A program made the position numbers and the translations under genes. 64,000 nt of DNA from Thermodesulfobacteriota bacterium (GTDB taxonomy: Bacteria > Desulfobacterota > BSN033 > UBA1163): contig DAIPKW010000004.1 in assembly GCA_036769565.1 (NCBI GenBank), positions 3,669-67,668 of the forward strand, read 5' to 3'. Under the pieces are notes generated by a model. That model was given only the letters and a program-made list of their open reading frames with translations. It searched no databases and was not told where the DNA came from. Positions 40,361-49,582 of this stretch are shown one piece after another; position 1 is the first letter of the stretch, and every line of letters starts with the position of its first letter.

Positions 40361-41473
40361 ATGGCTCTACAAGGAACATTAAAGGACTTTAGCATCACAG
40401 AGATTATACAACTGGTTGGCCAACAGCTCAAAACAGGGGTCCTTTGGATACGCCACAGAAAAAAATTGGTCGAAATCTCTTTTGTGGATGGGATGATCGT
40501 CCATGTTCACTCCAATTTCCGGGGGAAGAGAGATCTGATCGGTGAGATTCTCGTCAAGGCCAAATTGATCACCGAAGAACAATTAGAGAGTGTTCTTAAA
40601 ATTCAGAAGGAGACATTGAAGTATACCGGAGAGATTCTGGTGGATCTAGGGCTCTTGACGAAAGAGGAAGTCTTAAGGGTGATTGCAACCCAGGTCTACG
40701 AAACGATCTACGATCTTTTCTGGTGGGAGGATGGGATATTTAGTTTCGATCTCAAAATGGTGGAGAGTTATAAGAAGATTCCATTTGCCCTGAGCACTGA
40801 GCAGGTCCTATTGAACATCCTCCGGATGGTGGATGAGTGGTCAGAGATTGAGAAGAAGATCGTCTCCCTGAACCTCGTCTTGCGAAAATCCTTAAGGAAA
40901 GAAGAACAATCGGACGATATCCTCGCTTCCCAAAACATGTTGCGGGAGAAGTTGTCTTCGGAGCAGGAGTTGCTCTACAACCTTGTCGACGGAACTCGGA
41001 CCGTCCAAGAGATTATTGATCGGAGCCTTTTCGGAAGGTTTAATGCCTGCGAGACCTTGGTCAGTCTTATGGAGATGGGATTGATTGAGGCGGTGGGCAT
41101 AAAGACCCCGACCTTGCTCAAAAAGGTGAGCACGATCAATTTCAAAGAGGCGCTGGCCTTTGCCTATTACGGAGCCTTCTTGATCTTTATCTTTCTCCTC
41201 CTCATCTACTTTAAACCCAATTTTTTACGTCACTTTTGGGACTCGAAGATCGAACGGGTTGATATGGAGACGCCTGCCCTTTTTGTCCACCGAGCTCAAC
41301 TCGACCGGATACGGAACGCACTGGAGATATTCTATTTGGAAAGAGGGGTTTACCCCCAACGGCTTGAGGAGTTGGTGACCGCCCAGCTCCTCCGGAAAAG
41401 CGACCTCTTCTATCACAAAGGGATGTCCTATCAGTATGAGCTGAAAGACGGTAAATATATTTTGAAACATTGA
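40361..41473 (+). CDS. DUF4388-like domain / single TM / GspG-pseudopilin-like C-terminal domain fusion protein
   Basis: N-terminal 'GTLKDFSITEIIQLVGQQLKTGVLWI' is a DUF4388-type motif. TM helix 'ALAFAYYGAFLIFIFLLLIYF'. C-terminal 'RNALEIFYLERGVYPQRLEELV...SYQYELKDGKY' resembles the GspG pseudopilin fold ('YRLDNGRYPTTEQGLQALV...YQY'). Confidence 0.5.
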   Translation: MALQGTLKDFSITEIIQLVGQQLKTGVLWIRHRKKLVEISFVDGMIVHVHSNFRGKRDLIGEILVKAKLITEEQLESVLKIQKETLKYTGEILVDLGLLTKEEVLRVIATQVYETIYDLFWWEDGIFSFDLKMVESYKKIPFALSTEQVLLNILRMVDEWSEIEKKIVSLNLVLRKSLRKEEQSDDILASQNMLREKLSSEQELLYNLVDGTRTVQEIIDRSLFGRFNACETLVSLMEMGLIEAVGIKTPTLLKKVSTINFKEALAFAYYGAFLIFIFLLLIYFKPNFLRHFWDSKIERVDMETPALFVHRAQLDRIRNALEIFYLERGVYPQRLEELVTAQLLRKSDLFYHKGMSYQYELKDGKYILKH

Positions 41474-41532
41474 AGCCCAGTCATTCCCGTTGATCTCATT
41501 CCTCTCTCATCCCATGATACCGAAGGAAAAGA

Positions 41533-43092
41533 ATGAGCCCTTCTTCCAATTTCGATAAAATTCTTATCCTCGATTTTGGTTCCCAGTATACCCAATTGAT
41601 CGCCCGTCGCGTGAGAGAATGTCGGATCTATAGCGAGATTCAACCTTACGATTTTCCACTGGAGAGAATCAAAACCCTCTCTCCCCAAGGGATCATTCTC
41701 TCAGGAGGGCCTTCGAGTGTTTATGAGCTGGGAGCCCCTTCCTGCGATCAAAGGCTTTTCGACATGGGGATTCCCATTTTAGGAATCTGTTATGGGATGC
41801 AGTTAATCGGCGAACTCTTAGGGGGAGAGGTCGCCCATTCTGAGAAAAGGGAGTATGGAAAAATTCGTTTGACGATCGATCGTGGGGGAAGCCTGTTTAA
41901 AGGGGTTGGAAGAAAAGGAGATTCGTTCCAAGTCTGGATGAGCCACGGCGATCAGATCCGGCGTTTGCCCCGTGGATTTCATGCTTTGGCCCATTCGAGC
42001 CATACACCTTTTGCTGCCATCGGAGATTCGAAAAGAAAGATTTACGGACTTCAATTTCATCCCGAGGTGGTCCACACGCTTCACGGGATTGACATTCTCC
42101 GAAATTTTCTATTCCATGTTTGTGGCTGCCAACGTCTTTGGGACATGCGTTCGTTCTTAGAGGAGGCGACGCTTCAACTGAAGAAGCGGATCGGTTCGGG
42201 AAGGGTGATCTGCGGTTTGAGCGGAGGCGTCGATTCTACAGTGGTTGCTCTTCTTCTGCATCGAGTGATCGGAGATCATTTAAAATGTATCTTTGTCAAT
42301 AATGGACTTTTGAGGCGGAATGAAGCCTCGCAGGTCGTAGAACTCTTCACGCAACATTTCCATATTCCACTCATCTATGTGGATGCTGAGAAGCGGTTTT
42401 TAAAACGGCTCAAGGGGGTAACAGATCCGGAGGAGAAGCGGAAGCGGATCGGTAGAGAGTTTATTGCCGTTTTTGAAAAGGAGGCAAGAAAGATTGGAGG
42501 CGTAAAGTTTCTTGCACAGGGGACCCTCTATCCCGATGTGATTGAAAGCACCTCTTGGAAGGGACCCTCCGCAATGATCAAAAGCCACCATAATGTAGGT
42601 GGATTGCCGGAGAAGATGCGGTTAAAGCTGGTGGAACCCTTACGAGAATTGTTTAAGGACGAAGTGAGAGCTTTGGGCAGAGAGCTGGGTCTTCCTCGGG
42701 AGGTGATCCAGAGGCAACCTTTTCCCGGGCCAGGGCTGGCTGTCCGAATCATCGGCGAGGTCGATCAAGAGAGGCTTGAAATTTTAAGGGATGCCGATGC
42801 GATCGTCATGGAAGAGATGAAGAAGAACGATTTGTTAGACCGGGTCTGGCAATGCTTTGCGGTCCTTCTGCCGATTAAGACCGTTGGTGTCATGGGCGAT
42901 TTCCGAACTTATGAGCATGTGGTTGCCTTGAGGATTGTGGAGAGCCAAGACGGCATGACCGCCGATTGGGTCAAGCTGGACCATCGAATCTTAGAACAGA
43001 TGGCAAACCGAATCATCAATGAAGTCAGAAAAGTGAATCGAGTCGTGTATGACATCAGTTCGAAACCACCCAGCACGATAGAATGGGAGTAA
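41533..43092 (+). CDS. guaA: GMP synthase (glutamine-hydrolysing)
   Basis: GATase domain ('GICYGMQL'), PP-loop 'SGGVDSTV' and a 'KPPSTIEWE' C-terminus, 519 aa. Confidence 0.95.
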   Translation: MSPSSNFDKILILDFGSQYTQLIARRVRECRIYSEIQPYDFPLERIKTLSPQGIILSGGPSSVYELGAPSCDQRLFDMGIPILGICYGMQLIGELLGGEVAHSEKREYGKIRLTIDRGGSLFKGVGRKGDSFQVWMSHGDQIRRLPRGFHALAHSSHTPFAAIGDSKRKIYGLQFHPEVVHTLHGIDILRNFLFHVCGCQRLWDMRSFLEEATLQLKKRIGSGRVICGLSGGVDSTVVALLLHRVIGDHLKCIFVNNGLLRRNEASQVVELFTQHFHIPLIYVDAEKRFLKRLKGVTDPEEKRKRIGREFIAVFEKEARKIGGVKFLAQGTLYPDVIESTSWKGPSAMIKSHHNVGGLPEKMRLKLVEPLRELFKDEVRALGRELGLPREVIQRQPFPGPGLAVRIIGEVDQERLEILRDADAIVMEEMKKNDLLDRVWQCFAVLLPIKTVGVMGDFRTYEHVVALRIVESQDGMTADWVKLDHRILEQMANRIINEVRKVNRVVYDISSKPPSTIEWE

Positions 43093-43125
43093 GTCGAAGA
43101 GATATCGAAGTCCGAATATCGTCAT

Positions 43126-43149
43126 GCCAGAGGCAGATCCGCCTCTGGC
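43126..43149 (+). other. perfect 9-bp hairpin (gccagaggc-agatcc-gcctctggc) after guaA; no U-tract
   Basis: Seen in the sequence. Confidence 0.3.
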
Positions 43150-43315
43150 AGAAAATACGAATCAAATCCAAATTTTCAAAATTCAAATGGTTTGAGCTTT
43201 TTTGTTTCGAACATTTTTAAAATGGTCATTTGAGATGGTTTCGAATTTCAAATTTGTGTTTCGGAGTTCAATCCAACCTTGACATTTCTCTTTTAGCATT
43301 TGAAAGTTAAGTGAT

Positions 43316-46300
43316 ATGTCACATAACGAATTTATCCACCTCCATCTTCATAGCCAATATAGCCTTCTGGACGGTGCCATCCGATTCGAGGAGCTCTTCG
43401 ATCTGGCGAGAAAATACCGGATGGATACTGTAGCGCTGACCGATCATGGAAATATGTTTGGGGCGGTTGAATTTTATCAGACGGCGATCAAGTACGGAAT
43501 TAAACCCATCTTGGGATGCGAAATCTATGTGGCTCCAGGAAGTCGATTCGAGAAGAAGACCGTTGCAGAGGGAGGGGAAGGGGCTTACCATCTCACCCTT
43601 CTGGTGAAAAATAGGACCGGTTATTTTAACCTCATCAAACTGATCAGTCTTGCCCATCTTGAGGGGTTTTATTATAAGCCGAGAGTGGATAAAGAGCTTT
43701 TAAGTCAATATCATGAAGGGCTGATCTGTCTCAGCGGATGCCTGAAAGGGGAGATTGCTATTTTGGCCGCCCGGGGTGAGATGAAGAAGGCTTTCCAGGT
43801 TGCTGAAGAATATCGGCGCATCTTTGATGATCGACGATTTTTTATCGAACTTCAGAAGAATGGGGCTGAAAACCAGACCCTTATCAATGAACGCCTCCTT
43901 GAGATCAGCCGAGAATCTTTTTTGCCAATCGTGGCGACTAATGATTGTCATTACCTCCATCGGGAGGATGCTCCAGCCCACGAAGTCTTACTCTGCCTCC
44001 AGACGGGCAAGACCCTCAACGATAAAGACCGGATGAGGTTTTCTTCCGACGAATTTTACTTCAGGTCGCCCCAGGAGATGATGAATCTGTTCAGAGAGAC
44101 CCCAGAGGCCATAGCCCACACCTTGGAGATTGCAGAGGGTTGTAATCTGGAGTTGAAGTTCGAAGAGAAACATATTCCTCGAATTACCGTCCCTACTGGA
44201 GAGTCACCAGAGAGCCATCTCGAAAGGCTTGCTCGGGAAGGATTGGAAAGAAGGCTTCAAGCTTACCGGGATACGAAAGATTTTGACGAGCGGGTTCTCC
44301 GATATCGGCATCGTCTGGAAGAGGAGCTGAAGATCATCAAGTCTATGGGGTATCCAGGCTATTTTTTGATCGTGGCTGATTTTATCCATTACGCCAAAAA
44401 GAAAGGGATTCCCGTCGGACCTGGAAGAGGGTCTGTGGCCGGAAGCTTGGTTGCCTATGCACTTGAGATTACCGATTTGGACCCCATTGAGTACGACCTC
44501 ATCTTTGAGAGGTTTTTAAATCCAGGTCGAAAGAGCAGCATGCCAGATGTGGATGTCGATTTCTGTATGGTGGGAAGGGATGAGGTGATCCAGTATGTGA
44601 TGGCGAAGTATGGGAAGGAGAATGTTGCCCAGATCATCACCTTCGGTAAGATGCAGGCAAGGGCTGTGATTCGAGATGTGGGTAGAGTCATGGGTATTCC
44701 CTATGCAGAAGTGGACCGGATCGCCAAACTCATTCCAGGTGGTCCCAATATTACCCTGACCGAAGCCCTCGAAAGGGAACCTCAACTGAAGGAGATGATT
44801 CAGGTTGATCCAAGGATCGCCTCTCTCTTTAAGATTGCTCGATCTTTGGAGGGGCTGGTCCGGCATGCCTCCACCCATGCGGCCGGCATTGTCATTTCGA
44901 ATCGACCTTTGGTCGATTACCTTCCCCTTTATCGCGGGCAGGACGGTGAGGTGGTTACCCAGTATGCGATGAAAGAGGTGGAGGCCATCGGACTGGTCAA
45001 ATTCGATTTTTTAGGGCTAAAAACGCTCACGATGATGAATCATGCCATTCAACTCATCGAGAAGAATCAGGGGATCCAGATTGAACTCTCGAAGATTCCC
45101 CTCAATGACCCACAGGTGTTTGCCTCCCTTGGATCCGGATCCAATCTCGGTCTCTTCCAGTTAGAAAGTTCTGGAATGAGAGACTTGTTGATTAAACTCA
45201 AACCCGAGAGCTTTAAAGATATCGTCGCTCTGGTTGCGCTTTACCGACCAGGTCCCATTGATAGTGGGATGGTGGAGGAGTTTGTCAAACGAAAACATGG
45301 GAAAGTCTCCATCTCTTATGAAATCCCTGCGCTTGAAGAAATTCTGAAGGATACCTATGGGGTCATTGTCTATCAGGAGCAGGTGATGCGGATTGCGAGT
45401 AGCCTGGCGAACTTTACACTTGAAGATGCCGATAATCTGCGAAGGGCCATGGCCAAGAAGGACCCTGCGGAGATGGAGAAACAGAAGGAAAAATTTTTGG
45501 AGGGGTCGAAAAAGAATCGGATCCCAACCAAGAAAGCCGAAAAAATTTTTGACCAGATGGAGACCTTTGGCCGTTATGGCTTCAATAAATCTCATAGTGC
45601 GGCCTATGCGCTCATCGCCTATCAAACCGCCTATCTGAAGACACATTACCCTATTGAATTTATGGCAGCCCTGTTGACAAGCGAGGTTCAGAGTGCCGAT
45701 AAGATGGTAAGGTATCTTGCCGAATGTCGGGAGATGGCCATTCCCATTCTGCCTCCGGATATCAATGAAAGCCAGCGAGACTTTGCGGTGGTGGGAAATC
45801 AGATTCGGTTTGGCCTGGCAGCTGTCAAGAATGTGGGAGAAGCAGCTATTGAGGCCATCCTCAAAGAGAGGGAGGAGAAAGGGAAATTTGGTTCCCTGTT
45901 CGATTTCTGTCGCCGGGTTGATTTGAGAAAAGTGAACCGTCGGGTGATCGAAAGTCTGATCAAATGTGGCGCCTTCGATTTTTCTAAAGCCCATCGCTCC
46001 CAGATGTTAGCGGTGTTGGAGGAGATCGTGGAGCGATCCCAAACCGCGCAACGCAAGAGAGATGCAAATCAGTTGAGCATGTGGGAGTCCCCTCATGATC
46101 AGAGCGAAGAGACCTATCCTGAAATGGAGGAGTTTTCCGAAAACCAGTTGATCCTTTTTGAAAAAGAGATAATCGGGTTTTATATTTCCCGTCATCCCCT
46201 ATCTGCCTATCAGGAGGCGATCAAGCGATGGTCGACTGAAGACACTTCCACCCTTCTCCAACGACAGAACGGTCAGGAGGTGAAGCTCTGTGGTCTGGTC

Positions 46301-46777
46301 AGTAGCCTGAAGGAGATTGTTACCAAAAAGGGGGACCGGATGGCCTTTTTAAACCTTGAGGATATGAAGGGGTTTGTCGAAGTAATCCTCTTTCCAGAGG
46401 TCTTTAAGAGCGCTTCCCAATATCTCCGGAGCGGCGATCCACTCTTGGTGAGAGGGAATCTCGATCTTTCTGAGGATCGTGTCAAGATCAAAGCGATCGA
46501 GGTCCGGTCTATTTCCGGATTGACTTCTTCGAAATTCCAGACCTTTCATTTAAAGATCCCTCAATCCTCTTTAACCCAAACGGGTTTATACGAATTGAAG
46601 GAAGCGATCCTTGCTCATCAGGGGGCCTGCCCGATATTCCTCCATATCACCAATGGTGAAAAACAGGAAACGGTGATCGCCTTCTCCGATGCCTATCGCG
46701 TGGATCCCTCGCCGGTCTTTCAGTCCCGGATTAAGACGTTGTTCTCCACTTCTCATCTCTCCTTAGAATGGAGTTAG
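43316..46777 (+). CDS. dnaE: DNA polymerase III subunit alpha
   Basis: 1153 aa with a PHP domain ('FIHLHLHSQYSLLDG'), polymerase core and OB-fold. Confidence 0.95.
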   Translation: MSHNEFIHLHLHSQYSLLDGAIRFEELFDLARKYRMDTVALTDHGNMFGAVEFYQTAIKYGIKPILGCEIYVAPGSRFEKKTVAEGGEGAYHLTLLVKNRTGYFNLIKLISLAHLEGFYYKPRVDKELLSQYHEGLICLSGCLKGEIAILAARGEMKKAFQVAEEYRRIFDDRRFFIELQKNGAENQTLINERLLEISRESFLPIVATNDCHYLHREDAPAHEVLLCLQTGKTLNDKDRMRFSSDEFYFRSPQEMMNLFRETPEAIAHTLEIAEGCNLELKFEEKHIPRITVPTGESPESHLERLAREGLERRLQAYRDTKDFDERVLRYRHRLEEELKIIKSMGYPGYFLIVADFIHYAKKKGIPVGPGRGSVAGSLVAYALEITDLDPIEYDLIFERFLNPGRKSSMPDVDVDFCMVGRDEVIQYVMAKYGKENVAQIITFGKMQARAVIRDVGRVMGIPYAEVDRIAKLIPGGPNITLTEALEREPQLKEMIQVDPRIASLFKIARSLEGLVRHASTHAAGIVISNRPLVDYLPLYRGQDGEVVTQYAMKEVEAIGLVKFDFLGLKTLTMMNHAIQLIEKNQGIQIELSKIPLNDPQVFASLGSGSNLGLFQLESSGMRDLLIKLKPESFKDIVALVALYRPGPIDSGMVEEFVKRKHGKVSISYEIPALEEILKDTYGVIVYQEQVMRIASSLANFTLEDADNLRRAMAKKDPAEMEKQKEKFLEGSKKNRIPTKKAEKIFDQMETFGRYGFNKSHSAAYALIAYQTAYLKTHYPIEFMAALLTSEVQSADKMVRYLAECREMAIPILPPDINESQRDFAVVGNQIRFGLAAVKNVGEAAIEAILKEREEKGKFGSLFDFCRRVDLRKVNRRVIESLIKCGAFDFSKAHRSQMLAVLEEIVERSQTAQRKRDANQLSMWESPHDQSEETYPEMEEFSENQLILFEKEIIGFYISRHPLSAYQEAIKRWSTEDTSTLLQRQNGQEVKLCGLVSSLKEIVTKKGDRMAFLNLEDMKGFVEVILFPEVFKSASQYLRSGDPLLVRGNLDLSEDRVKIKAIEVRSISGLTSSKFQTFHLKIPQSSLTQTGLYELKEAILAHQGACPIFLHITNGEKQETVIAFSDAYRVDPSPVFQSRIKTLFSTSHLSLEWS

Positions 46778-46780
46778 AAG

Positions 46781-47752
46781 ATGGTCAGACATTATCTGGA
46801 TTTTGAAAAACCGCTCGTTGAGCTGGAAAATGAGATTGAACATCTCAAACGGTTTTCAAAAGGTAAGCAGCTCCATTTCGATGAACAGATCAAGAACCTG
46901 GAAGAGAAGCTCCTTCGACTCCGGAAGGAGATTTTCTCGAACCTGACCGGATGGCAGATCACCCAGTTAGCCCGGCATATCGACCGCCCCAAAGCCTCTT
47001 ATTATATCCAGACCATTTTCAACAATTTTATCGAGCTCCATGGCGATCGGCTTTACGGAGATGATCCAGCCATCATCGGCGGAATCGCCAGTCTGAATCA
47101 GAGAACGGTGATCGTGGTTGCCCACCAGAAGGGAACCGACGTAAAGGAGATGGCCCAGCGAAACTTTGGCATGCCCCATCCAGAGGGGTATCGGAAGGCC
47201 TTGAGGTTGATGCGAATGGCAGAAATTTTTCAAAAGCCTGTCATCACCATGATCGATACACCCGGAGCATTCCCAGGAGTGGGCGCTGAGGAGAGGGGGC
47301 AGGCAGAAGCCATTGCCCGAAATCTGAAGATGATGGCGATGCTCCGTACGCCTATTGTTACGGTTGTCATCGGAGAAGGGGGAAGTGGGGGTGCCTTGGC
47401 CATTGGAGTGGGTGACCGAGTATTGATGCTGGAGTATGCCATCTACTCCGTCATCTCACCGGAGGGGTGCGCAGCCATCCTTTGGAAAGACGGTGAGAAG
47501 GGCAAGGCGATGGCAGCCGATTCTCTTAAATTGACCGCTCGTGATCTGTACCGATTGGGGGTCATTGACGAAATGATTGAGGAGCCTTTAGGTGGTTCGC
47601 ATCGGGACCCCAAAGAGACGGCAGATCGCTTAAAGAGGGCATTGGAAATCCACCTGGATGAATTAGAGAAGGTTGCGATCGACTCTCTCGTTCAGCATCG
47701 ATATGAGAAGTTTCGACAGATAGGCGCCTTTCTGGAAGGAAATGGACAGTAG
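46781..47752 (+). CDS. accA: acetyl-CoA carboxylase carboxyltransferase subunit alpha
   Basis: 'VVAHQKGTD', 'IDTPGAFPG' and 'GEGGSGGALA' AccA motifs, 323 aa. Confidence 0.9.
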   Translation: MVRHYLDFEKPLVELENEIEHLKRFSKGKQLHFDEQIKNLEEKLLRLRKEIFSNLTGWQITQLARHIDRPKASYYIQTIFNNFIELHGDRLYGDDPAIIGGIASLNQRTVIVVAHQKGTDVKEMAQRNFGMPHPEGYRKALRLMRMAEIFQKPVITMIDTPGAFPGVGAEERGQAEAIARNLKMMAMLRTPIVTVVIGEGGSGGALAIGVGDRVLMLEYAIYSVISPEGCAAILWKDGEKGKAMAADSLKLTARDLYRLGVIDEMIEEPLGGSHRDPKETADRLKRALEIHLDELEKVAIDSLVQHRYEKFRQIGAFLEGNGQ

Positions 47753-47828
47753 GACTTCCCTATGAATGGATATGGGGAATGCCCAAGATGAATCGGAAAG
47801 CAGAGGCTAAGGCGTGGAAGTTGAGAAG

Positions 47829-49577
47829 ATGAAGAGAGGTAAGATTCAGGTTTTGCCAGAAACCGTTTCTCAGAAGATTGCTGCTGGAGAAGTGGTTGAA
47901 AGACCTGCCTCTGTGGTTAAAGAACTGATGGAGAATGCAATCGACGCAGGGGCTACTGAGATTGTCGTGGAGCTTCAGTCAGGAGGGCTCCAGTCGATTC
48001 GTGTGGCAGATAATGGAGAGGGGATGGTTTCCGAAGATGTCCCTCTCAGCCTCCAGCGATTTGCCACCAGTAAGATTCGTGAAGCCGAAGACCTCTATGC
48101 GATCGAGACATTAGGGTTTAGAGGCGAAGCTTTACCCAGCATTGCAGCTGTTTCGAAATTGGTTCTCACCACCCGACACTCGAATTCGATCAGCGGAACG
48201 AAAGTGGTTTCAGAGGGAGGCGAGATCAAATATCTTTCAGAGACCGGAAGCCCTGTTGGGACAGAGGTGGAAGTGCGGGACCTGTTCTACAATCTACCGG
48301 TACGGAGAAGGTTTTTACGATCCATTCGCACAGAGCTGCGATATGCACTTCAACAATTTCTCAGAGTGGGACTGGCCTATCCTTCTATCACCTTCAAATT
48401 GATCCATGACGGTCGAACCCTGGAGGAGCTATGGAGGACCGATTCACCTCTGGTTCGTATCGAAGCCGTCCTTGGAAAAGGGGTTTCACACCATCTTGAA
48501 TCGATCCAACAAGAGGAGAACGGAATTCGGGTAGAAGGTTTTGTGAGCCTTCCTTCCTTATCGAAGGGAAACGGAGAAGGAATCTCTCTCTATGTTAACC
48601 GCAGGTACGTGAAGGATCGGGTTATTTATAAGGCCCTTTTGGATGCCTACCAACATATCCTTCCAGCTCATCGATATCCCATTGCAGTTCTCTATCTCTT
48701 CCTTTTGCCATCCTCTGTGGATGTCAATGTCCATCCGACCAAAGCCGAAGTGAAATTTAAGGAGCCGGAAAGGGTCTATCAGACCGTCTGGTCCTGCGTT
48801 CGGAGGGTGCTGGAAGAGGTGCGGCCGGAAGAGAAAGATGGTTCAACGCATGTCGGAAGCCCTCCTCTTTCAAAAGAGGAGCTTCAACCCCAACTTCTGT
48901 TTCAAAAATCCCCAAAACCGACCTTCAACAGATGGAAGGTAGAGGATGTCGCCTTGAAAGTGGAAGAAGGGGAAAAGGTGTCATGGGAAGCAGAAAAGCA
49001 GAGACCCTATCGCATCCTTGGTCAGATCTGGGGAACCTATATCCTCTGCGAAGCCGAGGAGAAGCTCATTTTTGTCGACCAACATGCAGCCCACGAAAGG
49101 GTTCTGTATGAAAGGCTGAAAAAGAGGTTGGATGAGAAGGCTCTGGTTTCGGAGAAGTTACTTCTTCCCCTTTTGATCGAATTATCACCTGAGGAATCTT
49201 TGATTCTCGATTCGACGAAAGATGCCTTTGAGGCAGTGGGATTTGAAATAGAGCCTATGGGCAAAAAACTTTATGCCATACGCTCCCTTCCTCCCTTTGT
49301 CGAACCCAAGGAGGCCGATCAAACTGTGAGGGAGATGCTGGAAGAGCTCTCTTCTTTCCGAAAGGAAGGGCAGGAGCCAGAAGTGCTCCATGCCCTTCTC
49401 ATCTCTTTGGCCTGTCATTCAGCAGTCCGGGCGAATTTTCCATTAAGGCGGGAAGAGATGGAGGTATTAATCGGAGATCTCTATCCTTTCAATCCTTCGA
49501 CCACCTGTCCACATGGCCGTCCCATCTACTTTTTTCAATCACTCGATGAGATGAATCGGCGATTTAAGAGAGATTGA
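47829..49577 (+). CDS. mutL: DNA mismatch repair protein MutL
   Basis: 'IQVLPETVSQKIAAGEVVERPASVVKELMENAIDAGA' GHKL ATPase N-terminus and a C-terminal dimerisation domain. The GTG at 47814 is an alternative start. Confidence 0.9.
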   Translation: MKRGKIQVLPETVSQKIAAGEVVERPASVVKELMENAIDAGATEIVVELQSGGLQSIRVADNGEGMVSEDVPLSLQRFATSKIREAEDLYAIETLGFRGEALPSIAAVSKLVLTTRHSNSISGTKVVSEGGEIKYLSETGSPVGTEVEVRDLFYNLPVRRRFLRSIRTELRYALQQFLRVGLAYPSITFKLIHDGRTLEELWRTDSPLVRIEAVLGKGVSHHLESIQQEENGIRVEGFVSLPSLSKGNGEGISLYVNRRYVKDRVIYKALLDAYQHILPAHRYPIAVLYLFLLPSSVDVNVHPTKAEVKFKEPERVYQTVWSCVRRVLEEVRPEEKDGSTHVGSPPLSKEELQPQLLFQKSPKPTFNRWKVEDVALKVEEGEKVSWEAEKQRPYRILGQIWGTYILCEAEEKLIFVDQHAAHERVLYERLKKRLDEKALVSEKLLLPLLIELSPEESLILDSTKDAFEAVGFEIEPMGKKLYAIRSLPPFVEPKEADQTVREMLEELSSFRKEGQEPEVLHALLISLACHSAVRANFPLRREEMEVLIGDLYPFNPSTTCPHGRPIYFFQSLDEMNRRFKRD

Positions 49578-49582
49578 TCCGG

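Noticed and set aside
43150-43315. Possible CRISPR-like array from the reiterated TTCAAAT motifs
   Set aside because: The repeats are short (6-8 nt), irregularly spaced and have no unique spacers of uniform length. No cas genes are present.
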